Source: a virus
Taxonomy: Duplodnaviria > Caudoviricetes
IMG/VR virus record: IMGVR_UViG_3300037751_000127
Coordinates: 1 to 57,185 of that record
Length of the DNA: 57,185 nucleotides
Strand: one strand, 5' to 3'
Positions 37,079 through 44,942 of this stretch are shown piece by piece. Position numbers and translations under genes: made by a program. Each line of letters starts with the position of its first letter. Position 1 is the first letter of the stretch. Under the pieces are notes generated by a model. It was not told the DNA's origin. It saw only the letters and a program-made list of their open reading frames with translations, and did no database searches.

Positions 37079-37219
37079 GTTCGATAAGGTGTGCAGATTT
37101 CGCTTACTCCATGTTAGGGGGCTTGTCGCAGGTTCGATTCCTGCCGGCATCTTCGGATGCCGTAGCTCAGTCGGCAGAGCGGCCAAAATTCGCGAGATCA
37201 CCTTGAACTCTTATCGAAC
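37079..37219 (+). ncRNA. Y RNA unit Y9, YrlA-like
   Basis: GTTCGATAAG/CTTATCGAAC; GCAGG-TTCGATT-CCTGC; CGGCATC-TTCG-GATGCCG; TAGCTCAGTCGGCAGAGC. Confidence 0.85.
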
Positions 37220-37227
37220 TCAATACC

Positions 37228-37469
37228 TGGTGCAGGGATGAGAGGCGTACCTTTCCGCTTCGCAAGGACACCCAGGGGGACCGTGGACTTCGTAGATCTA
37301 CGCGATGACGCCTTGCGAGGGCTCATCGGGATCACCGACATGGTGAGTGATCAGTGCTCTGAACACTCTGAGGTCGGCGAGGGAAACCTAGGTCAAGAGC
37401 ACGCTGCCCGTCGTGACCGGGCTGCGGATGCCTGGCCCTACCGCGATGATGTCCTGCATCCCTGCACCA
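37228..37469 (+). ncRNA. 242-nt multibranch structured RNA, unassigned
   Basis: 13-bp terminal stem TGGTGCAGGGATG/CATCCCTGCACCA plus internal stems CTTCGCAAGG/CCTTGCGAGG, GTGCTCT/AGAGCAC, GCCCG/CGGGC. Confidence 0.65.
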
Positions 37470-37474
37470 CCTTG

Positions 37475-37546
37475 GCTCCCGTAGCTCAACTGGCAGAGCA
37501 TCCCTGGCGCGCGGGGAGGCTGGGAGTTCAAATCTCCTCGGGAGCC
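37475..37546 (+). ncRNA. tRNA-like element with aberrant anticodon loop (GGCGCGC, no U33)
   Basis: GCTCCCG/CGGGAGC acceptor; normal D and T arms. Confidence 0.7.
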
Positions 37547-37550
37547 CTAA

Positions 37551-37626
37551 GCCTTCGTAGCTCAGTGGGTAGAGCAGCGCACTCTTAATGCGCGGGTCCC
37601 TGGTTCGAGCCCAGGTGAGGGCACCA
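37551..37626 (+). tRNA. tRNA-Lys(CTT)
   Basis: Cloverleaf; GCGCA-CTCTTAA-TGCGC; encoded ACCA. Confidence 0.92.
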
Positions 37627-37707
37627 GCGTAATGGGTTGCCTGACGGCAGGTCTTACGTGAGCGGTGGTCAGTGGGAATTCGTACGCCTGGCTGGCCGCT
37701 GCGGCAA

Positions 37708-37780
37708 TGACTCGTAGCTCAGATGGCAGAGCGCTGGATTGTTAATCCGGTAGTCGCAGGTTCGAGTCCTGCCGGGTCAG
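37708..37780 (+). tRNA. tRNA-Asn(GTT)
   Basis: TGACTCG/CGGGTCA; CTGGA-TTGTTAA-TCCGG; G discriminator; no encoded CCA. Confidence 0.88.
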
Positions 37781-37784
37781 CTCG

Positions 37785-37843
37785 GGGGTCATAGCTCAAT
37801 GGTAGAGCGGCGCAGGTTGTGGGTTCGAATCCCACTGACTCCA
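37785..37843 (+). ncRNA. tRNA-like element lacking the anticodon arm
   Basis: GGGGTCA/TGACTCC acceptor; D-arm and T-arm joined by only about 10 nt. Confidence 0.75.
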
Positions 37844-37864
37844 CTCCAAGGCGAAAGGAAAGTC

Positions 37865-38230
37865 ATGGAACGCAACGACGAGCTGATTGATAAGGTTCTC
37901 CACTACATCGAAAATCATCCGGACGAGTGGGATCAGGAAACCTGGTTCTGCGGCACTACGGCATGCTTTGCCGGCAGGGCGCTACTCATGTCAGGGTTCG
38001 AGATCGTCGATACGGCGCTCCTTCGCGAGAAGATCAAGGGTCACGAGGATTACGGCTGGCTTGACGACTTCGAGATGATCGACGAGGCCGGGAATCTCGT
38101 GCGCGAATACACGACCAGGGCCGCAGAACGTCTCGGATTGAACTGGGACGACGCGATCATGCTGTTCAACGGTCGCAATGACCTCGAAGATCTGCGTGCG
38201 ATCATCGCGGACATCCGAGCGGAGTCCTGA
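37865..38230 (+). CDS. hypothetical protein (WDQ..W.CGTTACFAG family)
   Basis: AAAGGA RBS; motif shared with 2258..3352. Confidence 0.7.
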   Translation: MERNDELIDKVLHYIENHPDEWDQETWFCGTTACFAGRALLMSGFEIVDTALLREKIKGHEDYGWLDDFEMIDEAGNLVREYTTRAAERLGLNWDDAIMLFNGRNDLEDLRAIIADIRAES

Positions 38231-38232
38231 TC

Positions 38233-38613
38233 ATGGAGTTCATGGAAGCGCTCGGATGGCATGTGGTCGGGCATATCGATGCACTTCAGGATGGCCTGGA
38301 TGATCAGGGCTGGCCGATCAACTGCTGCCCGATCTGCTGTGGCCCGTGTCATGCACTGAACGCCATGATCGACGATCCGATCATGCTGAACCAACTGTCG
38401 GAGATCATCAAGCTGACGGGCTGGGCTACGGGCGGCTGGGACTTCTGGTCCGAGATCGATGACATGCTGCGCGTCGGAGACATCAAGGCGATGTGGTTTA
38501 ACGAGGATGGCAGTCACAAGGCCGTCTGTTCCTCGGAGAACGGCGTCGACACTTCTCGCGAGTTCCATGCCCTGGTCATGGAAGATCTGGCAAGGCTGGA
38601 GAAGGAGCTATGA
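38233..38613 (+). CDS. hypothetical protein (CCPICCGPC)
   Basis: GGAG RBS; coupled to the next gene. Confidence 0.6.
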   Translation: MEFMEALGWHVVGHIDALQDGLDDQGWPINCCPICCGPCHALNAMIDDPIMLNQLSEIIKLTGWATGGWDFWSEIDDMLRVGDIKAMWFNEDGSHKAVCSSENGVDTSREFHALVMEDLARLEKEL

Positions 38614-39152
38614 AACCCACCTGGCTACTCGACATCGACGGCGTCCTGAATCCCGTGGGCAAGAAGCCGCCGAAGTATGTCCACAAGGAGTGGGTGTGCG
38701 CGGACGTAACGGACCCTCAGGCGGGGCGTTCCTGGCCAATCAAGGTCGCGGTGCCGGTCATCGAGTTCATCAACATGATCCATCACCAGAACTACGCCAA
38801 CATCATCTGGCATACGACCTGGCAGCATGGAGCCGATGATGTCGCGAGAGCTGTCGGACTATCAGAGGGCCTACCAGTCCTTGATGCCCCAGAGTTCGCC
38901 GCCTGGAACCACCGCACGGCTGTCGGATGGTGGAAGACGGCACCGGTTCAGCGACATCTGAACTTGACGACGACTCCTACCCTGTGGACTGATGACGACC
39001 TGGAGGATGAGACCTGGTCAGTGAAACTCCGCGCCCCGAACATCATCAAGGTCATTGCCCCGGATCAGTTCACCGGTTTGACGCCTAAGCACCTGAAGGA
39101 GATCTTCGCCTTCCTGACCCAATCGCACATCCCCGAAGAAGGAAGTTCATGA
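38610..39152 (+). CDS. HAD-superfamily phosphatase (RNA-repair 'Swiss Army Knife'-like HAD)
   Basis: LLDIDGVLN motif I; WHTTW motif II; WWK; LWTDDD motif IV. Confidence 0.8.
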   Translation: MKPTWLLDIDGVLNPVGKKPPKYVHKEWVCADVTDPQAGRSWPIKVAVPVIEFINMIHHQNYANIIWHTTWQHGADDVARAVGLSEGLPVLDAPEFAAWNHRTAVGWWKTAPVQRHLNLTTTPTLWTDDDLEDETWSVKLRAPNIIKVIAPDQFTGLTPKHLKEIFAFLTQSHIPEEGSS

Positions 39153-39391
39153 ATAGACTGTTCGTCGCTACTGGCATTGCAGTCGGCCTCGCTCTCACGG
39201 CTTGCACTGGGGCCCCGGGCGTGCAGGGGACGGTGACAGAGAAGGAAGTCGAGACTTCGTACCGCAATAAGAAGCTGGAGACATGCTACGAGTTGGAGAT
39301 CCTGGATACTCGGGGTGTCGAGCATGACTTCTGCGTGACGAAGGAGTTGTATGACAAGTACGAGGTCGGCGACCAGTATCCGAGAGGCTGA
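39149..39391 (+). CDS. small lipoprotein
   Basis: Lipobox LTAC. Confidence 0.65.
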   Translation: MNRLFVATGIAVGLALTACTGAPGVQGTVTEKEVETSYRNKKLETCYELEILDTRGVEHDFCVTKELYDKYEVGDQYPRG

Positions 39392-39521
39392 TCATGGGTA
39401 AGGTGTACATCCTGATCGGCGTGCTGTCGACGCTAACAGTGACTGCGGGGGTCTGGGCCGTCATGGCCCGTATCGCTATCCCGATGTTCCGGGGACGCAA
39501 GAAGAACAGGAAGATCAGCAA

Positions 39522-40487
39522 GTGAATCGACGAGCGAAGATCATCATCAGTGCCGGCCTCGCAGCCAGCATGCTTTTCCTGACCGGCTGTGCCGAGATCG
39601 CCGCGCCGGACGCGATCGGCCTGTACTACATGGAAGGACAGTCGGACGGGTACGAGTTCGGCGAATGCATCATGCCCGGCAAGACCGGCGATGCCGTCTG
39701 GAACAACAGCGTCGTCTACCTGCCAGTCTCGAAGCGGGACTGGCTCATCGACGACGTGGAAGGCGCGGATGACAAGGAGCCGTTGATCGTGTCAGCGGCA
39801 CCGCAGGAAAACCAGCCTTCAGGGGTTCAGGTTCGCCTGTCCGTCCAAGCGAACTTCATGCTGAATACGTTCTGCGACGCTGACGGCGGTATCGTCAGGG
39901 ACTTCTGGGAGAAGATCGGACGCCGTTACGGCGCTGACACTTCAGACGGCCGGGATGAGATGCTTCGTAAGGTCTTCAGTCCGACGCTGAAGGCGATCGC
40001 GAAGAACGAGGTCCGCAAGTTCAATGCCGACGATCTGATCGCAAACAAGGACAATATTCAGGAAGCGGTCCTGAAGGCGATCGCGGCAGAGTTCAGCACG
40101 GAAGTGAACCGGCTTGCCGGCGGTCCGTTCTTCTGCGGCCCCGACTTCAATCCGGCATCGTCGGACTGTTCGCAGATTCAGTTGCAGATGATCTCCATGG
40201 AGTACGGGGATCCGGGCATCCAGGCGGCGCGTAACGAGAAGCAGAAGGCTATCGAACTGGCTGCCGCGAAGCTCGCGACCGCTGAAGGTGAAGCGAAGGC
40301 GATGATCGCGAAGGCTCAGGGTGAAGCTGAGGCCGCGCGGGCGCTGAACACGCTGTACAACACTGACGGCTGGGTGAAGATTCAGCAGCAGATCGAGGCC
40401 GGTAGGGCACTCATCGAAGCGTGCAAGGCAGCGAAGGAGTGCCGGCTCATCGTCGGCACTGACGGCTCGCTGATCATGGCGTCATGA
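39522..40487 (+). CDS. SPFH/band-7 domain lipoprotein
   Basis: Lipobox LTGC; SPFH-like core followed by an AEGEA.A coiled coil. Confidence 0.7.
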   Translation: MNRRAKIIISAGLAASMLFLTGCAEIAAPDAIGLYYMEGQSDGYEFGECIMPGKTGDAVWNNSVVYLPVSKRDWLIDDVEGADDKEPLIVSAAPQENQPSGVQVRLSVQANFMLNTFCDADGGIVRDFWEKIGRRYGADTSDGRDEMLRKVFSPTLKAIAKNEVRKFNADDLIANKDNIQEAVLKAIAAEFSTEVNRLAGGPFFCGPDFNPASSDCSQIQLQMISMEYGDPGIQAARNEKQKAIELAAAKLATAEGEAKAMIAKAQGEAEAARALNTLYNTDGWVKIQQQIEAGRALIEACKAAKECRLIVGTDGSLIMAS

Positions 40488-40726
40488 CAACTCTGCGTAC
40501 CTACACCGTCGTATTCATAGACCGGCAGCTTGAGGACAACTCGCAGACATTCCTGTCTGTCCCGTGCTACGGCATGGACATCTGGCTGGCCGAAGGCTTC
40601 TGGGAACTTCGGTTCGTCAACCCTCAGCCCGACGACGAAGGCATGACGACAGTCTTCCTGAAGGTTCGGGAGCATGACCTGAGGCAGGTTGTCGGAATCA
40701 CCAAAGCTGAACCTAAGGTAGACTGA
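40484..40726 (+). CDS. hypothetical protein
   Basis: ATGA coupling. Confidence 0.55.
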   Translation: MTTLRTYTVVFIDRQLEDNSQTFLSVPCYGMDIWLAEGFWELRFVNPQPDDEGMTTVFLKVREHDLRQVVGITKAEPKVD

Positions 40727-40759
40727 CGACACACCACGTCCGAGACTCCGGTCGAGCGC

Positions 40760-40788
40760 AGCGCCAGGCTTCATTGAAGCCTGGCGCT
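40760..40788 (+). terminator. hairpin terminator
   Basis: AGCGCCAGGCTTCA-T-TGAAGCCTGGCGCT followed by CTTT. Confidence 0.65.
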
Positions 40789-40811
40789 CTTTGCGTATAG
40801 CATCATCAACT

Positions 40812-42431
40812 ATGGCGATCGTGACACTTGATGTAACCGGGCAGATCCTGCATCCTGACCTGACCCCGGCCACCGGGACTGTGTCATTTCAGATCCCCAT
40901 CGACCTCAACGATGTCGTCGCGAACGTGACATACACGCCCGCGACCTTCACGGAGACTCTCGACGCGTTCGGGAACTTCACGTTCACGGGACTCATCGCC
41001 ACCGACTCCCCCGATCTTGCCGAATCCGGGGCGTGGATGTATCGGGTGCATGTCCTCACTGACGCCTACGCCGAGTCTTTCAGCACGTCCCTGCCGATGG
41101 CCCTGGGGCCAGTCGCGCAGTTCGCGGATCTGATCCCGGCCACCACCGAGCCGTGCACGGATGACGGCACGCCTTGCGCGACTGTCGCGCAGTTCGCTGA
41201 CCTTCAGGCTCAGATCGATGCTATCGGGGCAGCCGGCGTGACTTCGGTGAACGGTGAAGTCGGCGTCGTCATCCTTGACGCCGCAGATGTCGGGGCCGAC
41301 CCTGCCGGCAGTGCCGCTGCCGCACAGGCTGCCGCGATCGCCTCGTCTCTACAGAAGGCCGCGAATCTGTCCGATGTCGCGAATGTCGCGGCGTCACGCA
41401 CCAACCTGGGTCTCGGTGGTGCGGCAGTTCTGAACGTCGGGGCTATCGCGGGAACTGTCGCGGCTGGCGACGATCCCCGCTTCCCTACTTCGACTCCGCT
41501 GCTGGCCGCGAACGATCTCAGTGATCTGGCGAACGCTGCGGCAGCACGGGCGAACCTGGGGCTCAGCAACGTCGACAACACCTCGGATGCGAACAAGCCT
41601 GTCTCTACGGCGACGCAGACGGCCTTGAATCTGAAAGCTGACGACAATCTGGTTGTGCATCTTGCCGGCGTGGAGTCGATCACCGGGGTCAAGACGTTCA
41701 CGGCCGATCCGGTTTTCAATGCCGGCGGCATCGCGCAGGCGTCGGTGGCGAACTTGACGTCGGATCTGGCGTTGAAGGCTGACGAGTCGATCACGTTGAC
41801 TGCCGGCGTCGGTTTGACGGGTGGCGGCGATCTTTCGGCGAACCGGACCTTCGACGCCGATCTTGGCACGACTGCGACGACTTTGGCTGAAGGTCGAGCA
41901 CCGTGGTTCATGAACTCGCCGTTGCCGATTTCTGGCAGGTACATCTATACGACGTATGGGGCTACGGGAACTGTCGTGCCCGCCCTGGACTCCGCACGGT
42001 ATACGCCATTCGCGGTCTGGCGCGGATTCACAGCCACGTCTATCGCCGTCGAGGTGACGACCCTCCAGGCAACCAGTGTTGTGCGACTCGGCCTGTATTC
42101 GGATCTCAATGGACTCCCGGATGCTTTGATCACAGACTTCGGTACGGTCAGCGCGGCCAGCACGGGCGTGAAGACGATCAGTCCAGGGGGTGGCATTGTC
42201 TTCGCTGATCGTACGATGTACTGGCTGGTCGCGGTCGTTCAGGTCGCTGGCGGTACTACTGCTCTGCGGACCGCGAACTACCACGATCCGATGATCTTGC
42301 CGTCAAGCGACGGGGTGACGAACGCGTCGATCAACTCCTACGTCCAGGCAGGTGTGTCAGGAGCGCTCGGAACGCCGGCAGTTCCCGGCGATGCTTCAGG
42401 TGGTCCGAGGTTCATGCTGCTGATTGCCTAG
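40812..42431 (+). CDS. tail-fibre-like structural protein
   Basis: VTSVNGEVGVV; repeated NLSD..N...R.NLGL; NVDNTSDANKPVSTATQTAL. Confidence 0.75.
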   Translation: MAIVTLDVTGQILHPDLTPATGTVSFQIPIDLNDVVANVTYTPATFTETLDAFGNFTFTGLIATDSPDLAESGAWMYRVHVLTDAYAESFSTSLPMALGPVAQFADLIPATTEPCTDDGTPCATVAQFADLQAQIDAIGAAGVTSVNGEVGVVILDAADVGADPAGSAAAAQAAAIASSLQKAANLSDVANVAASRTNLGLGGAAVLNVGAIAGTVAAGDDPRFPTSTPLLAANDLSDLANAAAARANLGLSNVDNTSDANKPVSTATQTALNLKADDNLVVHLAGVESITGVKTFTADPVFNAGGIAQASVANLTSDLALKADESITLTAGVGLTGGGDLSANRTFDADLGTTATTLAEGRAPWFMNSPLPISGRYIYTTYGATGTVVPALDSARYTPFAVWRGFTATSIAVEVTTLQATSVVRLGLYSDLNGLPDALITDFGTVSAASTGVKTISPGGGIVFADRTMYWLVAVVQVAGGTTALRTANYHDPMILPSSDGVTNASINSYVQAGVSGALGTPAVPGDASGGPRFMLLIA

Positions 42432-42829
42432 TCGAGAATCTTCCCGCATTTGCGGCACATCTCGAACTTCTTGCCAAATATGAAGCTCGGGCGCTTCGTG
42501 GGTTCATGCGGGCAGTCGGTCACCAGCTCGTATGTCGCGGCGAAGATGTCGCCTCGGCAGGGGTAGTGCTCGCCCTGGACGCCGCGAATGACGTAGTCAC
42601 CAGCGCTGACCTTCATCGCGCCTTCGAGCGTCTGAATGGAGATATGATGATTGGCGTCTGTCGCTGGCGAGTTGCAGTGGGCGGGCTCTGGGGTGTCGCA
42701 CCGATAGGTGGCGGTGCCTCCGCCGGCCACGACCCAGTCGATGATCGGCGTGGCGTTGATCGCGGTGCCGTCCCACTCCATGGCATCGACGACGACGGGC
42801 TTCTTGCGGTACTGCTGGACGGTGCTCAT
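42428..42829 (-). CDS. conserved phage protein (RKKPVV...TLEG...GDYVIRGV.GE.YPC family)
   Basis: Recognisable widespread phage motif; function not assigned. Confidence 0.75.
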   Translation of the reverse strand: MSTVQQYRKKPVVVDAMEWDGTAINATPIIDWVVAGGGTATYRCDTPEPAHCNSPATDANHHISIQTLEGAMKVSAGDYVIRGVQGEHYPCRGDIFAATYELVTDCPHEPTKRPSFIFGKKFEMCRKCGKILD

Positions 42830-42899
42830 GTGCGTGCTCCTCGGGCAGTCGTCGATGCGGTCGAAGGTCTTCCGTAGAAGTGAGTCTTCGCGTAGCTGG

Positions 42900-43517
42900 T
42901 CATAGATGTGACCCGGAAGGGTGAGCCTGGCGGGCATCGGTGCATCCTGTTTGGAACTGGTACTTGGATCCGAGCGCCGGGTGGCCGTAGGGCCTCAGGG
43001 CGGGCGAGGACAGCTTGTGCAGGATGAGCTGGCAGACCTTCATCCCGGCTTTCAGTGCTACGGGATGCGGTCCGACGTTGACGAACTCCAGGGTGATGGT
43101 GCCTTTGAAGCCTGGGTCGATGAAGCCGGCGGTTACGTGTACGAGGATGCCTTGGCGTCCGAGTGTGCTTTTGCCGTCGACTTGCCCGGACAGCCAGTTC
43201 GGGATTTCGACGTATTCGAGGGTTGTGCCGAGCAGGAATTGTCCGGGGTTCAAGAACATGAAGCTGGACGTTCTTTCCCATTTTTCGGGGCCTGCGGTGC
43301 TGAAGCGAATGTTCCCGGTTTCAGGATTTCGGGGTGCCGGGTCGCACTTGGTCCAGCCGATCCACTCATTGCCGAGCCTCAGGTCGATGCTGGCGGGCTG
43401 GAAGCAGTCGTCGGCAGGTTCGGGCACCACGCGTAAAGGATCACGGTGGCGTTGATTTGGTGGCATCTTTGCAGGTGTCATGGCTAGCCGGATGTCACGA
43501 TCAGACAGCATCGTCAT
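42900..43517 (-). CDS. dcd: dCTP deaminase
   Basis: LSDRDI, QPASIDLRLG, GKSTLGRQG, TAGFIDPGFKGTITLE, KYQ. Confidence 0.92.
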   Translation of the reverse strand: MTMLSDRDIRLAMTPAKMPPNQRHRDPLRVVPEPADDCFQPASIDLRLGNEWIGWTKCDPAPRNPETGNIRFSTAGPEKWERTSSFMFLNPGQFLLGTTLEYVEIPNWLSGQVDGKSTLGRQGILVHVTAGFIDPGFKGTITLEFVNVGPHPVALKAGMKVCQLILHKLSSPALRPYGHPALGSKYQFQTGCTDARQAHPSGSHL

Positions 43518-43649
43518 CGAACCACTCCCAGACGATCTTGATCATCTCGTCAGCGTCAGCCCACTGCTCCGTGGCCATTAGTGCTCCGTAGAAATCCGGC
43601 CAGTCCGCGATCGAAACATCCCCGCCATCGCGGACAACCGTCACCCTGA

Positions 43650-43931
43650 TCATGCCGACTTCCGATACATCTCGTCGATCAGGCCATCGGCCATGCTGAA
43701 TCCGACTCCGCAGTGCCGGCAGCGGAAGCCTTGAAGATCGCATTCGGTGAGGTCCTGGAATACCCACTGATGCCGGCATCCGTGCTGCTTCCAGATGACC
43801 TTGATGACGTCTGGATTCTGGAAGTACGAGTCTTCGATCAGCCACTTCGATGCCCTGTGGTGATCTTCGAACCTCCTGATCGACGAGGTCTCAATGCCGT
43901 CCTTGCGCCGGACGATCTGAATCTCGATCAT
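43650..43931 (-). CDS. small Zn-ribbon protein
   Basis: CRHQW...FRCRHC. Confidence 0.6.
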   Translation of the reverse strand: MIEIQIVRRKDGIETSSIRRFEDHHRASKWLIEDSYFQNPDVIKVIWKQHGCRHQWVFQDLTECDLQGFRCRHCGVGFSMADGLIDEMYRKSA

Positions 43932-44218
43932 CGATTCACCCGGTTCCTGTATGCCGCATCGAGGTTCCCTGAGGTGACCGTCGTCGTCGCTGGGCAGTTA
44001 TCGCACTTGAACACCCATGGATCGCGGGAGCCGGCATCGATGTCTTCGTCCCAGTCATGCGTGAGGCATTCGACCATCTCGCGAACCTGGAACCCCCTGA
44101 CCTGAGGGTTACGGAGTTCTTCCACGCCCTGAAACAGCCAGTTCGTGTACTCGGTGATCCCCGCGAACTTCAGCTCCTTGCGCTGACCGTCATGGTATCG
44201 CAGCACTAGTTCGATCAT
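43928..44218 (-). CDS. small Zn-ribbon protein
   Basis: CLTHDW...FKCDNC. Confidence 0.6.
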   Translation of the reverse strand: MIELVLRYHDGQRKELKFAGITEYTNWLFQGVEELRNPQVRGFQVREMVECLTHDWDEDIDAGSRDPWVFKCDNCPATTTVTSGNLDAAYRNRVNR

Positions 44219-44487
44219 GACTTCTTCGCCACTTCCGCGTAGGCGCTGATGTCGTCGTTCGCGAGGTCGAAGCTCTCGCCGCAGTTCAGGCACGTGAACG
44301 TGATGGAATCATGGTTTCGCTCAGGAGTCCAGTGATGCTTGCAGGCGTACTTCGTCAGCTTGATCATGAACTCTGAATGACGTTGAAGAGCGTCTTCGAA
44401 GGCCCGCTGAGCCTGTATGGCCGTGAGATGTCGATGTGAAGTCGCTCGTCCTGGCGCGGTGATATCCATGTTGTACAGCATGATCAA
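44215..44487 (-). CDS. small Zn-ribbon protein
   Basis: CKHHW...FTCLNC. Confidence 0.6.
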   Translation of the reverse strand: MIMLYNMDITAPGRATSHRHLTAIQAQRAFEDALQRHSEFMIKLTKYACKHHWTPERNHDSITFTCLNCGESFDLANDDISAYAEVAKKS

Positions 44488-44514
44488 CCTTCCCCGAGGC
44501 TAATGATCTTCCAG

Positions 44515-44590
44515 TAGCGGGGGCGGGATTTGAACCCGCGACAGACATGGCTTATGAGGCCATCGAGCTACCGGGCTGCTCTACCCCGCT
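44515..44590 (-). tRNA. tRNA with CAT anticodon (Met or Ile2)
   Basis: Minus strand: AGCGGGG/CCCCGCT; ATGGC-CTCATAA-GCCAT; GCGGG-TTCAAAT-CCCGC. Confidence 0.88.
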
Positions 44591-44942
44591 GCGAACAACC
44601 TCATGATCCTAGCACTGTCCGTACCCGGGGGTTCACTCATCCGAGCGGCCAGGATTCCTCGCCGCTGTAGCCGACTGTCACTTTGTCGTACCCGCCGCGT
44701 AGGTTCTAGACGTCCGGACGGCATGTAAGTGCCCGATCGGACACGGCAGTGTCATGCGTGAGTACATGAATATAGGTGACCATGGCTGTTTCTCCACGAC
44801 GCAAGATTCCTGAGGCGATCTTCCTGGTCGTCAAGGGCAACGAGACCTACCTGTACCACAGCTTCCTGCACGCCTGGAATCGCAAGACTCCCAGCGACAA
44901 GCTTTACAAGATCAGCACGGCGCGGATGGAGGAGATCATCAC

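Noticed and set aside
35439-37219. CRISPR array (repeat-spacer appearance; Cas4-like gene at 47201)
   Set aside because: There are no identical direct repeats. Units are 68-187 nt and conserved in structure rather than sequence, and the Cas4-like gene sits in the replication block as is common in actinophages.
37228-37469. tmRNA, RNase P RNA or HEARO/omegaRNA
   Set aside because: It lacks the T-arm and tag ORF of tmRNA and the P4 consensus of RNase P. GGCGAGGG alone is too short, and no IscB gene follows.
37238-37588. 116-aa ORF
   Set aside because: It overlaps a structured RNA, a tRNA-like element and tRNA-Lys, so it is probably spurious.
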